The notes below the pieces were generated by a model. The model worked only from the letters and a program-made list of their open reading frames with translations, was not told the origin of the DNA and did not search any database. This document shows, piece after piece, positions 56,355-64,000 of a DNA stretch of 64,000 bases. Numbering within the stretch: the first letter of the stretch is position 1; each line of letters opens with the position of its first letter. The stretch comes from Candidatus Scatosoma sp. (GTDB lineage: Bacteria > Bacillota > Clostridia > Christensenellales > Borkfalkiaceae). The stretch covers positions 3,524-67,523 of the forward strand of contig JAZOLI010000092.1 of assembly GCA_045652965.1 (NCBI GenBank), read 5' to 3'. The translations under genes were made by a program, and so were the position numbers.

Positions 56355-57085
56355 TGTTTATGAAAGAAAAGGAGAACGTTTACGAAGAAACGATGCAAAC
56401 GGAGATGGGCGTTATCACGCAAGCGGGGCAGGAAAAGCAAACGATTGAAAACGCTGCGCCCGAAAAGGTCTCGACGGATTTGGGGAAGTTTCGTAGCGTA
56501 GACGCCCTTTTAAGGGCGTACGAGGCGTTGGAATCGGAATTTACGAGAAGAAGCCAACGACTCAAAGAGCTGGAACGGGAGGCGGATAATTCGCTTTCCT
56601 TGGCGGAAGGTGTGTGCGGCGAGACAAACGGGGCGGAAAAGCTTCGCAAAAACGCCGCGCAAAAAAGAGCGGAAGTGAAAGATTTTGATCGTTTTGTTTC
56701 CGAACTGGAATCGGTGCGCGCGCAAACCGAAAAAACACCAGAAAGCCAAGCGGAGCAACCCGAACCTCCTATCTTTGGCGGGCTCGGACAAGACGCTTTG
56801 GAAAGCGAAATTGGCATAGAGCAAACAATCGCAAAACCGTCCGTCGCGGGTGGGCGCGGGGAAGAATCTCTTTCCGACGACGCGCTTTACGAGCTTGTCA
56901 AAAAGGATGAAAAGGTGCGCTTGAAAATTATCGGGGAATATCTAAATTCGATAGGAAAATCGGGCGCACCTCTTATGAAAGGCGGCACGGGAACGCTTGT
57001 CGCGCCGCCCTTAAAGCCCAAAACGATTGACGAGGCGGGCAATATGGCGCTCCGTTTCTTTAAGAAAGAGAGCGCGCAGGCGTAA
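56354..57085 (+). CDS. Phage scaffolding-like protein
   Basis: Acidic, Glu/Ala-rich and helical, 243 aa, sitting between the portal and capsid genes. Its start overlaps the portal stop (TAATG). Confidence 0.55.
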   Translation: MFMKEKENVYEETMQTEMGVITQAGQEKQTIENAAPEKVSTDLGKFRSVDALLRAYEALESEFTRRSQRLKELEREADNSLSLAEGVCGETNGAEKLRKNAAQKRAEVKDFDRFVSELESVRAQTEKTPESQAEQPEPPIFGGLGQDALESEIGIEQTIAKPSVAGGRGEESLSDDALYELVKKDEKVRLKIIGEYLNSIGKSGAPLMKGGTGTLVAPPLKPKTIDEAGNMALRFFKKESAQA

Positions 57086-57119
57086 AAATCAAAGTTAAAA
57101 AAAGGAGAATTTAAAAATT

Positions 57120-58292
57120 ATGATTAGTGTTGAAACAGCGGATAACGCATTGAAATCTTTTTATTTGGACGCGGTGACGGAGGCGCTTGATCTCAAAGCA
57201 AATCCCTTGCTTGCGCAAATTGCAAAATCTTCTATCGACGTTGTGGGGAAAGACGTGAAAAAGCTCGTGAAATACGGCGTCAACGGTGGTGTTTCCGCAG
57301 GAAGTGAAACGGGTGCGTTGCCTGCTTCTTCTAATAGTGACAAGGTGGTGTTTACATCGACTTTGAAAAACCTTTACGGTACGATTGAAATTTCCGACAA
57401 GGCACTTCGCGCTGCAACAGGCAGCGAAGGCGCGTTCGTTAACCTTTTGAACGACGAAATGCAATCGCTTGTAAAAAGTGCATCCTTTAATTTTGGTCGT
57501 ATGCTTTACGGCGACGGTACGGGACTTCTCGCTACGGTGGAAGATATTGGCGACAATAACCAGCTTACCCTTTCGAGCGTGAAAGGAACTTTTGAAGGTA
57601 TGATCGTCGATTTTGCAGACGCTTCGGGCAACGTTGTCGCTTCTGCTGAAGGAAGAAAGATCGTTTACGTGGATAGAAGAAATAAGACGATCGTTGTAGA
57701 TGGTACAACTTTGGAAGGCAAAATTTCTGTTGGCGCAGGCATGTATCTTAGGGGTTCTAAAGATTATGAAATTACTGGCCTTGCCGCGATTTTCAACGAA
57801 GATAGCGATCTTTACGGCGTGGCGCGTTCGACGGCTTCCGTTATGAAACCTTATATTAAAAGAGACGTTGAATATATCAGCGAAAGTAGCATTCAAGAAG
57901 CGATTGATACAATCGAGGAGAATTCGGGAAGCAAAATCAACTTGATCGTTTGTTCTGGCGGCGTTAAGCGTGCTCTTTTACAATATTATCGTGATTACTC
58001 TATCAATATGCCCACGATCGAATGCGCTGGTGGGTATAAGGCGTTGAACTTTAACGGCATTCCCGTTGTGGTGGATAGATTCTGCCCCGAGGGAACGATG
58101 TATTTGCTCAACACCGACGATTTCAAAATTCATCAGCTTTGCGATTGGAAGTGGCTTGAAGGGGAAGACGGTAAAATCTTAAAGCAAGTGCCTGGTAAAC
58201 CCGTCTATACCGCAACGCTCGTTAAATATGCCGAGCTTATGTGTGAAAGACCGAATGGGCAAGGTATGCTCACGGGCATTTTAGAAGACTAA
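57120..58292 (+). CDS. Major capsid protein candidate
   Basis: 390 aa in the position after the scaffold gene, with RBS AAAGGAGAA upstream. A strong terminator hairpin follows directly, as is often seen after highly expressed capsid genes. Confidence 0.6.
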   Translation: MISVETADNALKSFYLDAVTEALDLKANPLLAQIAKSSIDVVGKDVKKLVKYGVNGGVSAGSETGALPASSNSDKVVFTSTLKNLYGTIEISDKALRAATGSEGAFVNLLNDEMQSLVKSASFNFGRMLYGDGTGLLATVEDIGDNNQLTLSSVKGTFEGMIVDFADASGNVVASAEGRKIVYVDRRNKTIVVDGTTLEGKISVGAGMYLRGSKDYEITGLAAIFNEDSDLYGVARSTASVMKPYIKRDVEYISESSIQEAIDTIEENSGSKINLIVCSGGVKRALLQYYRDYSINMPTIECAGGYKALNFNGIPVVVDRFCPEGTMYLLNTDDFKIHQLCDWKWLEGEDGKILKQVPGKPVYTATLVKYAELMCERPNGQGMLTGILED

Positions 58293-58334
58293 AGCGTGCG
58301 ATATCGCGTTGTGTTTAGACGATAACGCATGAAC

Positions 58335-58366
58335 GTAGCCGCCCGTTTTTTGGGCGGCTACTTTTC
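58335..58366 (+). terminator. Strong intrinsic terminator immediately after the capsid gene, inside the cluster
   Basis: Perfect 10-bp stem gtagccgccc / gggcggctac with a 7-nt loop, followed by tttt. Confidence 0.75.
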
Positions 58367-58389
58367 TCAAATTAAGGAGGTTGGTTTAT

Positions 58390-58947
58390 ATGACTGTTAA
58401 AGAAATTATATTGGCTGCGGCGTGTGAGCTTGGGATTGGGGAAGGCGTGGAAAGCTATTTGGCAGGTGGTTCTAAAGACGCGCAAGCGGAAGCAAACACG
58501 AAGGCGCTTTTGCGTTGTTTTAATCTCGTGGAGAATGAAGTGGCGCTTGATTATTTGCCTCTGCTCGCCGAAGAAGAAATGGCTTCGGATACGGGTGCGA
58601 TTGAATATGCTGCGCTATCCCGTGAAGCGGTGCGCGTGCTTAGCGTTCGCGATGAGTGGGGAAATGAAGTTCCCTTTACGCTCTTTCCCGATTATCTCAA
58701 AACGCAACCGAATAAAGTGTGCGTGCGCTATACCTATCTTCCCAAACCCAAAACGCTTGAAGATAAAAGCGATTTTACCTTGAACGCTTCCGTGCGATTG
58801 TTCGCTTGCGGCGTTGCCGCGGAATATGCCCTTGCAAGCGGTCTTTTTGAAGAAGCTGCCGTTTGGGATAAAAAATATAAGAATGCTATTAAGGCGGCAT
58901 ATTCTTCCAAGCCGGCGCGACGTATTCGTTCGCGGGGGTGGGCGTGA
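58390..58947 (+). CDS. Hypothetical phage structural protein (in head-completion/adaptor position)
   Basis: 185 aa. RBS AAGGAGG lies 9 nt upstream of ATG 58390. Confidence 0.55.
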   Translation: MTVKEIILAAACELGIGEGVESYLAGGSKDAQAEANTKALLRCFNLVENEVALDYLPLLAEEEMASDTGAIEYAALSREAVRVLSVRDEWGNEVPFTLFPDYLKTQPNKVCVRYTYLPKPKTLEDKSDFTLNASVRLFACGVAAEYALASGLFEEAAVWDKKYKNAIKAAYSSKPARRIRSRGWA

Positions 58948-60308
58948 TGAAAAAGGCTTATAAAAAACCACTGGCTTTTAAAACGGAAAAGGTTGTTCGA
59001 AGATACGATACTTTTGAAATGGCTGATCGTTTGACGAAAACAAAAACCTTTCCTATTGAGCTTGCGGATAACGCCGATATTGGCGATGGGAACGCGCGCA
59101 TGGGCGTGGGTGTCATCGTTCACGAACTTTTCGATGGGAAGGGCGTTTACTACGATTGGGATTTGGGCGCGCCGAAAAGCTTTTTCTATTGCGGTCAAGA
59201 ATTGGGTTTGTTGACTTATCAAAACAAATTTTATTTCTTCAACCGAAGCGATAAGACGTATCGCTTAGAGCACACTTTTAACGGAGAGATGAAGTTTTTG
59301 GAAGCGCAGGATAAAGAGGGCGTTTTTCATCCTTATTTTATCGGCGCGGACGGTGTGTTTTCTTACGATCAAACAAGCGGCATGAAGAAAATTTTTGAGC
59401 TTGCTTGCTTGCCCGTTGCTACCGTTTTTCAGGGTAGAATTTTTGCCGCTACCGACCATTCCATCGTTTACTGCGAACCCTTTTCTAAGGCGGTTTTTAC
59501 CGAAAGTATCGACGGCGGCGGAAAAGTCGTTTTGCCGTCGGATACCGGTGAAGTGGTGGATATGGTGGCAACGTCTAACGCCGTTTACGTGTTTTGCGCG
59601 TACGGCATTTGGAAGTTGTCGGCGGCTGGTAGCGCGCGCGATTTTTGTTTGGAAAGAGTGGGCTTTACCGGCAGGAGAATTTTAAAAGGTTCGGCTTGCG
59701 CCGTTGGCTTTTCGGGCGGAGAGAAGGTGCTCTTCTTTGATGAATATGGGCCTTGGAAGCTTGAACACTCGGGGACGATGGAGATTTGTCGAAATTTGAC
59801 GTATCCCATCCGAACTGATAAGAAAGGGTGCGAGCACGCCTGTTTGAACGGGAAAGTTATTTACAATTATGGGGCGTTAGATGGTTCGGTGAGGAACGTG
59901 GTGATTGACGTGGAAACCGATCAAGCGTATCACTCGTTTACTTGCGAAGGATTGTCCGATCTAAAAGGACAAGGCGTGGGGGTTGTGGATAGCTTTTTAT
60001 ACGCGCTTGTGGACGGGGAAACTTTGCCCATACACAAGCTTAGTGAAATCGCTTCTCCGCCCTGCGATTTTTATCTTTCGGGCGTGAAAACGCTTCGGCA
60101 ATTGAAAATTTTTGGCGAAGGGCAAGTGACGGTGAGCGTTTCGAGCGAATATGGCACGAGAACGTTTGCGTTGCAAACGCAAAACGGTGTGGCGAGCGTG
60201 GACGTGCGGCTCAAAGGAGAGCTCTTTTGCTTGCGTTTCGTCATTGGCGATCATGCCGTTTTGCGTGGTTTGGACGTGGAACTTTGCACGCTTAAAGGCT
60301 TGCGATAA
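58947..60308 (+). CDS. Hypothetical phage structural protein, beta-rich (453 aa)
   Basis: The ATG overlaps the upstream stop (TGATG). Y/F/G-rich beta-strand repeats are present, with no motif I recognise. Confidence 0.55.
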   Translation: MKKAYKKPLAFKTEKVVRRYDTFEMADRLTKTKTFPIELADNADIGDGNARMGVGVIVHELFDGKGVYYDWDLGAPKSFFYCGQELGLLTYQNKFYFFNRSDKTYRLEHTFNGEMKFLEAQDKEGVFHPYFIGADGVFSYDQTSGMKKIFELACLPVATVFQGRIFAATDHSIVYCEPFSKAVFTESIDGGGKVVLPSDTGEVVDMVATSNAVYVFCAYGIWKLSAAGSARDFCLERVGFTGRRILKGSACAVGFSGGEKVLFFDEYGPWKLEHSGTMEICRNLTYPIRTDKKGCEHACLNGKVIYNYGALDGSVRNVVIDVETDQAYHSFTCEGLSDLKGQGVGVVDSFLYALVDGETLPIHKLSEIASPPCDFYLSGVKTLRQLKIFGEGQVTVSVSSEYGTRTFALQTQNGVASVDVRLKGELFCLRFVIGDHAVLRGLDVELCTLKGLR

Positions 60309-60323
60309 GGGGGTGAACAACTT

Positions 60324-60800
60324 GTGAAAATTGACATTATTTCTTATACCGATACGCAATATGCGGCGCTCACGGAAGAGCAAATTCAAGAAGTGAAAGC
60401 GGCGCAACTGGAAAAGAATCGCTTGGAGAGAGCCCTAGCAGAAGCAAAGCTGAAAGAAAAACACCGCTTGATCGAACGCGGGATTTTCCTTTCGGGTATT
60501 TGGGAAGCTTATAAAGAAAAATTGCAAGCGGAATACGATCAAAAAATTGAAAGCTTGCGCGATTCGCTTCTCTTTTATTTGCGCTTTTCAACCAAGCCCG
60601 ATTCCTATGGGACGGGCTACAGCGTTGATTATAATTTGTCTGTGGAAGAGCGGTTTGCCATTGTAAAACAATATTATGAAATTACCTACACGAACGCGAA
60701 GGATCGTTTAAACGCCTTTAAAGAAGATAAGGTCGCCGTTGTATATCTCGAAGATCTTTATTCGGCACTGTACGATCATTTCTTAAATCAAGCTTCGTGA
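60324..60800 (+). CDS. Hypothetical phage protein with a coiled-coil segment (158 aa)
   Basis: GTG start with GGGGGTG about 9 nt upstream. EEQIQEVKAAQLEKNRLERALAEAKLKEKHRL is coiled-coil. Confidence 0.5.
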   Translation: MKIDIISYTDTQYAALTEEQIQEVKAAQLEKNRLERALAEAKLKEKHRLIERGIFLSGIWEAYKEKLQAEYDQKIESLRDSLLFYLRFSTKPDSYGTGYSVDYNLSVEERFAIVKQYYEITYTNAKDRLNAFKEDKVAVVYLEDLYSALYDHFLNQAS

Positions 60801-60814
60801 TAAGGCAAAAAAAT

Positions 60815-60845
60815 CCCGACGATTTTTCGTTCGGGGTTTTTATTT
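60815..60845. terminator. Bidirectional terminator between the capsid cluster and mazF
   Basis: Bulged 7-bp stem cccgacg / cgttcggg, flanked by an A-run upstream and tttttatttt downstream. Confidence 0.6.
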
Positions 60846-60857
60846 TGCTGGGTAAAT

Positions 60858-61208
60858 TTAGTTGTTTACGGGGAAGCCAAGGCTGATTAAGATGGCGCGA
60901 TTGACTCGGCTCATCGTGGCTGGCGGCAATTCTCCAATACGCTCCTTTAAACGCCGCTTATCTAACGTGCGGATTTGTTCTAGCAAGATTACGCTATCTT
61001 TGACAAGACCATAAGCGGACGGAAGCTCGATGTGCGTGGGCAATTTTGCTTTGTTGATTTTGCTCGTCACAGCCGCCGCGATAATCGTGGGGGAATATTT
61101 GTTGCCTATGTCGTTTTGTACGACGAGAACGGGGCGGATTCCCCCTTGCTCGCTTCCCACCACGGGGGAAAGATCAGCATAATATAATTCACCGCGTTTT
61201 ACTTGCAT
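60858..61208 (-). CDS. mazF: MazF/PemK-family endoribonuclease toxin (EndoA-like)
   Basis: [31 protein letters not shown]...AAVTSK...LPTHIEL...[17 protein letters not shown] in a 116-aa protein starting at ATG 61208. Confidence 0.85.
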   Translation of the reverse strand: MQVKRGELYYADLSPVVGSEQGGIRPVLVVQNDIGNKYSPTIIAAAVTSKINKAKLPTHIELPSAYGLVKDSVILLEQIRTLDKRRLKERIGELPPATMSRVNRAILISLGFPVNN

Positions 61209-61330
61209 ATCCACATACCTCTTTTGAAAACCGAACGAAGCCCTCACTTTATTATATGTAAAAAGGCACGTTCGGCGTTCGCTTTATACATTATAGCCCG
61301 ATGGATAAAACTTTATACAAAAGGGAAGAG

Positions 61331-61366
61331 AAAAAACCTGCCCGTTTCCAAAAGAAAGGGGCAGGT
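61331..61366 (-). terminator. Intrinsic terminator of pgi
   Basis: On the minus strand: cctgccc...gggcagg stem followed by tttttt. Confidence 0.7.
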
Positions 61367-61394
61367 GCGTGTTGAATTGTTTTTTAGCTGAAAT

Positions 61395-62831
61395 TTAGAT
61401 GATGTAAGCAGGGTCGCTTGCGCCTTTTGAATCGAGTTCTTGTTTCTTTGCTTCATAGCCTGCTTTGCCAAGCAATGCGAACGTTGCTTTTTTGCCTTCT
61501 TCTACGCCCGGTTGATTGAACGTGTCTACGTTTAACATTGCGCCTGCGTATGCCGTTTGCAATTCGAATAAGAACAAAAGTTGACCCAAGGTGAATGCGT
61601 TGAGTTCGGGAATCCAAAGGGTGTAGTTCATTCTGCCAGCTTTGGTGAGCGCGAACGCCGTTGCTGCGTTTTCCGCTTGGATAAGCTCTTCCATCGTGTG
61701 TCCGCCAAGGAACGCTACGTCGGGAATGTTTTCGCAACCGTGAGGGATGGTCACGCTTTGTCCATATTTTTTGAGTGAAAGGAATGTCACCACTTTATCG
61801 AAAGGTCCTTCCGTGTAAAGTTGCACTTGCGAGTGTTGATCGGTGACACCAAGCGCTTTCACGGGGGTTTGTCCTACGTTGCAGGGCGTGCCGTCAAGCG
61901 TGACGTTTTTGCCGAGCGATTCCGCCCAAAGCTGACAATACCAATCGGAAAGATATCTTAAATTGTCGGAATAGGGCATCATTACGTGAATGTTTTTGCC
62001 TTCTTCCATCGCAATCACTTGCAACGCCGCGCACATAAGCGCAGGGTTTTTATACATCGAACGATTGGTTTTGCAAAGGCGATCCATATATTCCGCGCCT
62101 GCGAGAAGCGCTTTGATGTTGATGCCGCATACCGCCGCAGGCAAAAGACCTACGGGGCAAAGTTCGGAGAACCTTCCGCCTACGCCGTCGGGGAGCACGT
62201 AGCTTTTAATGCCGCCGCATTCGTCGGAAATCTTTTTAAGGTTGCCTTTGTTTGCATCGGTGGTGAAAATTACGTTGTTCTTCACGTCTACGCCCGCTTT
62301 TTTGAGCTGGTCGAGAATGATCAAATATTGCGCCATCGTTTCGCTCGTTGCGCCCGATTTGGAAATGACGTTGAAGCACGTTTTCGTGGGATCGATTACG
62401 TCTAAAAGATCGTGCATTCTCACGGGGTCGACGTTATCTTCCACGAAGAACTTAGGGCCGCGACGAACGCTCTTGGGTAAATCGTTATAATGCAAATGGC
62501 AAAGCGCGTTGAACGCCATCGTAGGACCGAGCGCGCTGCCGCCGATACCCAAAACTACGAAATTTTGGAATTTCGAGCGAATGGTTTTCGCCGTTGCCAT
62601 GATGTCGGCGACGATTTCGTTTTGGTTATACGGAAGCTCCGTCCAACCCATATACAATTCGTCTTTGCCACGATTTTCTTGCACGTATTTCCAAGCTTTT
62701 GCCGCTCTTAAACGATAGGAAGCGAGCTTCTTGGGGGAAATGCCCTTCTCGCCGAGTGCGGCGGAGGTCATGTTGTTATAGTCTACGGTTACGCGCATGG
62801 ATTTGCGCCATGCTATGGTTTTATATGCCAT
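61395..62831 (-). CDS. pgi: Glucose-6-phosphate isomerase
   Basis: VVLGIGGSALGP, ISKSGATSET and GVTDQHSQVQLYTEG blocks. RBS AAGGAG lies upstream of ATG 62831. Confidence 0.9.
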   Translation of the reverse strand: MAYKTIAWRKSMRVTVDYNNMTSAALGEKGISPKKLASYRLRAAKAWKYVQENRGKDELYMGWTELPYNQNEIVADIMATAKTIRSKFQNFVVLGIGGSALGPTMAFNALCHLHYNDLPKSVRRGPKFFVEDNVDPVRMHDLLDVIDPTKTCFNVISKSGATSETMAQYLIILDQLKKAGVDVKNNVIFTTDANKGNLKKISDECGGIKSYVLPDGVGGRFSELCPVGLLPAAVCGINIKALLAGAEYMDRLCKTNRSMYKNPALMCAALQVIAMEEGKNIHVMMPYSDNLRYLSDWYCQLWAESLGKNVTLDGTPCNVGQTPVKALGVTDQHSQVQLYTEGPFDKVVTFLSLKKYGQSVTIPHGCENIPDVAFLGGHTMEELIQAENAATAFALTKAGRMNYTLWIPELNAFTLGQLLFLFELQTAYAGAMLNVDTFNQPGVEEGKKATFALLGKAGYEAKKQELDSKGASDPAYII

Positions 62832-62920
62832 AATAAAATCTCCTTGCCTGATTTATTTTCGCTTGGCTTCTATTGTACTCTCATTTTTCAATAAAGTCAA
62901 GGATAGAAAGGAGAAAATGC

Positions 62921-64000
62921 TTATTTTTTTTGTGTTTTTTTATTTTTTAGGGATTGAAAAGAAAATAGCTTGAAAAACCACCAAAAAAGCAGGGTGCAAA
63001 GCAAAAGACAAAACGCCGTAGCGAGCATTGCAAGCGTTTCTCCCAGCACGAGTTTAAAGCACGACGAAAGCAATTTTCCTAAAAGAGAAAGGGGAAATAG
63101 AGCGAGCGTGGCTCTTGCAAGCGTGGAGATTAGGCGAGCTCTATGCGTCTTGAATAAACCATTGAATTTTTTAAAAAGCAACCAAAGATTGAGCGCGGTA
63201 GTGATAGAAAAGCTCGCGCCCATACCGATTATATACGCGTATGCGCCGCAAAGGGGTGGCAAGAAAAGAATACAAACGAGCGTTCCTGCCGCGCCGATAA
63301 AATAGAAGAGAAAGGTTTTTTTCTCGAAGCCAAGTGCGTTGAGCATGCTTGTCGTGATCATGGAAACGCTCATAGGCAACAGAAGCGGGCAGCTTTTTGC
63401 AATCATCTCGCCTGCGAGTGCGTTGGAAAAGGCAAACCGCCCTAAATCGCCCCCTAACGCGTAGAAAAAGGGCAACAGGAAAAAGGCAACGAGCAAGGAA
63501 ACGCGCAAACCGCGTTCTACGTTTTTATAAAGTCGCGCGGTGTTTTTGCGGAAAAAATCTTCGGAAAGCTCGGGGATAAGCACGAGTGAAAGAGAACCGA
63601 TCACCGTGGCAGGTATCATTAAAATGGGGACGACCATTCCCGTCACTACACCCAAAAGCGTTAAGGATTGCTCGCTGGTTGCCCCCGCGCGAATAAGCAT
63701 GATGGGGAACAACACCGACACCGCCGAGCTGACGAGCGTCGCACTTAAACGCACACTTGTTAGGGGCAGGGTTGCGTTGAACGTCGGTTTCAAATGCTTT
63801 TTTGGGGAAGAAATTTTGCCGCCGCTGGCAAAGAAACAAACGCACGACGTCGTGAAAGAAAAGAGATAGGAAAGGACGGCAGCCCACGCCGCGCTCGTTG
63901 CGCCCAAAAGGGGCTCGGTTGCGTTTTGCAACAAAATTACCCCTGCAAGCACCATCACTGATTCTTCCGCAAGCTCTAAAATGGAAGGGGTGAGAAAGTT
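62921..64000 (-). CDS. MOP-superfamily flippase-like polytopic membrane protein (polysaccharide-biosynthesis / MurJ / SpoVB-like), C-terminal part; the N-terminus lies outside the window
   Basis: The frame stays open to the window edge. It contains at least 9 hydrophobic helices and a basic C-terminal tail. The family assignment rests on topology and pattern only. Confidence 0.5.
   Translation of the reverse strand, partial: NFLTPSILELAEESVMVLAGVILLQNATEPLLGATSAAWAAVLSYLFSFTTSCVCFFASGGKISSPKKHLKPTFNATLPLTSVRLSATLVSSAVSVLFPIMLIRAGATSEQSLTLLGVVTGMVVPILMIPATVIGSLSLVLIPELSEDFFRKNTARLYKNVERGLRVSLLVAFFLLPFFYALGGDLGRFAFSNALAGEMIAKSCPLLLPMSVSMITTSMLNALGFEKKTFLFYFIGAAGTLVCILFLPPLCGAYAYIIGMGASFSITTALNLWLLFKKFNGLFKTHRARLISTLARATLALFPLSLLGKLLSSCFKLVLGETLAMLATAFCLLLCTLLFWWFFKLFSFQSLKNKKTQKK

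Larger units (their letters stand above)
52686..60800 (+). mobile_element. Phage-derived head-morphogenesis/packaging module without integration, replication, tail-fibre or lysis functions (defective prophage stump, or a domesticated GTA-like / capsid-forming element)
   Basis: Eight co-directional, tightly packed ORFs: TerL, small basic protein, portal, scaffold, capsid and three unknowns. Housekeeping genes flank both sides. Confidence 0.6.

Noticed and set aside
61203-61391. 62-aa plus-strand ORF upstream of mazF, considered as a possible antitoxin.
   Set aside because: It is on the wrong strand relative to mazF and overlaps the pgi terminator and the mazF promoter. Its Lys/Arg-rich sequence has no RHH, AbrB or MazE pattern.

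Overview
This is a 64-kb chromosomal segment from what looks like a Bacillota (Clostridia-like) bacterium. That call rests on gene content: rpsF-ssb-rpsR, class 1B pyrK/pyrD, a SpoIIE-type phosphatase, and DUF1292, YtxH and DUF378 proteins. The window is densely coding, with about 58 protein genes and one tRNA.

Most genes are housekeeping: murF (partial), ddl, uppP, csp, galK, cca, a ROK glucokinase, rpsF-ssb-rpsR, a complete pyrB-C-F-K-D-E operon, trpS, cysK, mgtE and pgi. There are also envelope and membrane genes, including a MacB-type ABC ATPase-permease fusion, LemA-DUF2207 and a membrane-anchored YegP-repeat protein. I found no CRISPR array, rRNA, transposase, integrase or reverse transcriptase.

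The main candidate for something unusual lies at about 52.7-60.8 kb. It is an intact, tightly packed, phage-derived head and packaging module: large terminase, a small basic protein, portal, scaffold, capsid, and three unknown proteins where short-tailed phages encode adaptor, hub and plug proteins. It has no integration, replication, tail-fibre or lysis genes. It sits between mgtE/cysK and pgi. On one side are two secreted, C-terminally anchored proteins and a small sigma/ArpU-like protein. On the other side is a solitary MazF toxin with no antitoxin.

Secondary observations:
- A scrambled tRNA-Arg locus with duplicated tRNA pieces around one intact gene, next to an AT-rich islet carrying a SLOG/DUF1273 gene.
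- Several domain fusions: RuvX-DUF1292, FNT channel-CPCC zinc ribbon, and an ABC ATPase-zinc ribbon-FtsX permease.
- Four near-consensus promoters placed so close to their ATG that the mRNAs should be leaderless.
- A few operator-like palindromes.

All functional calls come from motif and pattern recognition by eye. No database search was run.
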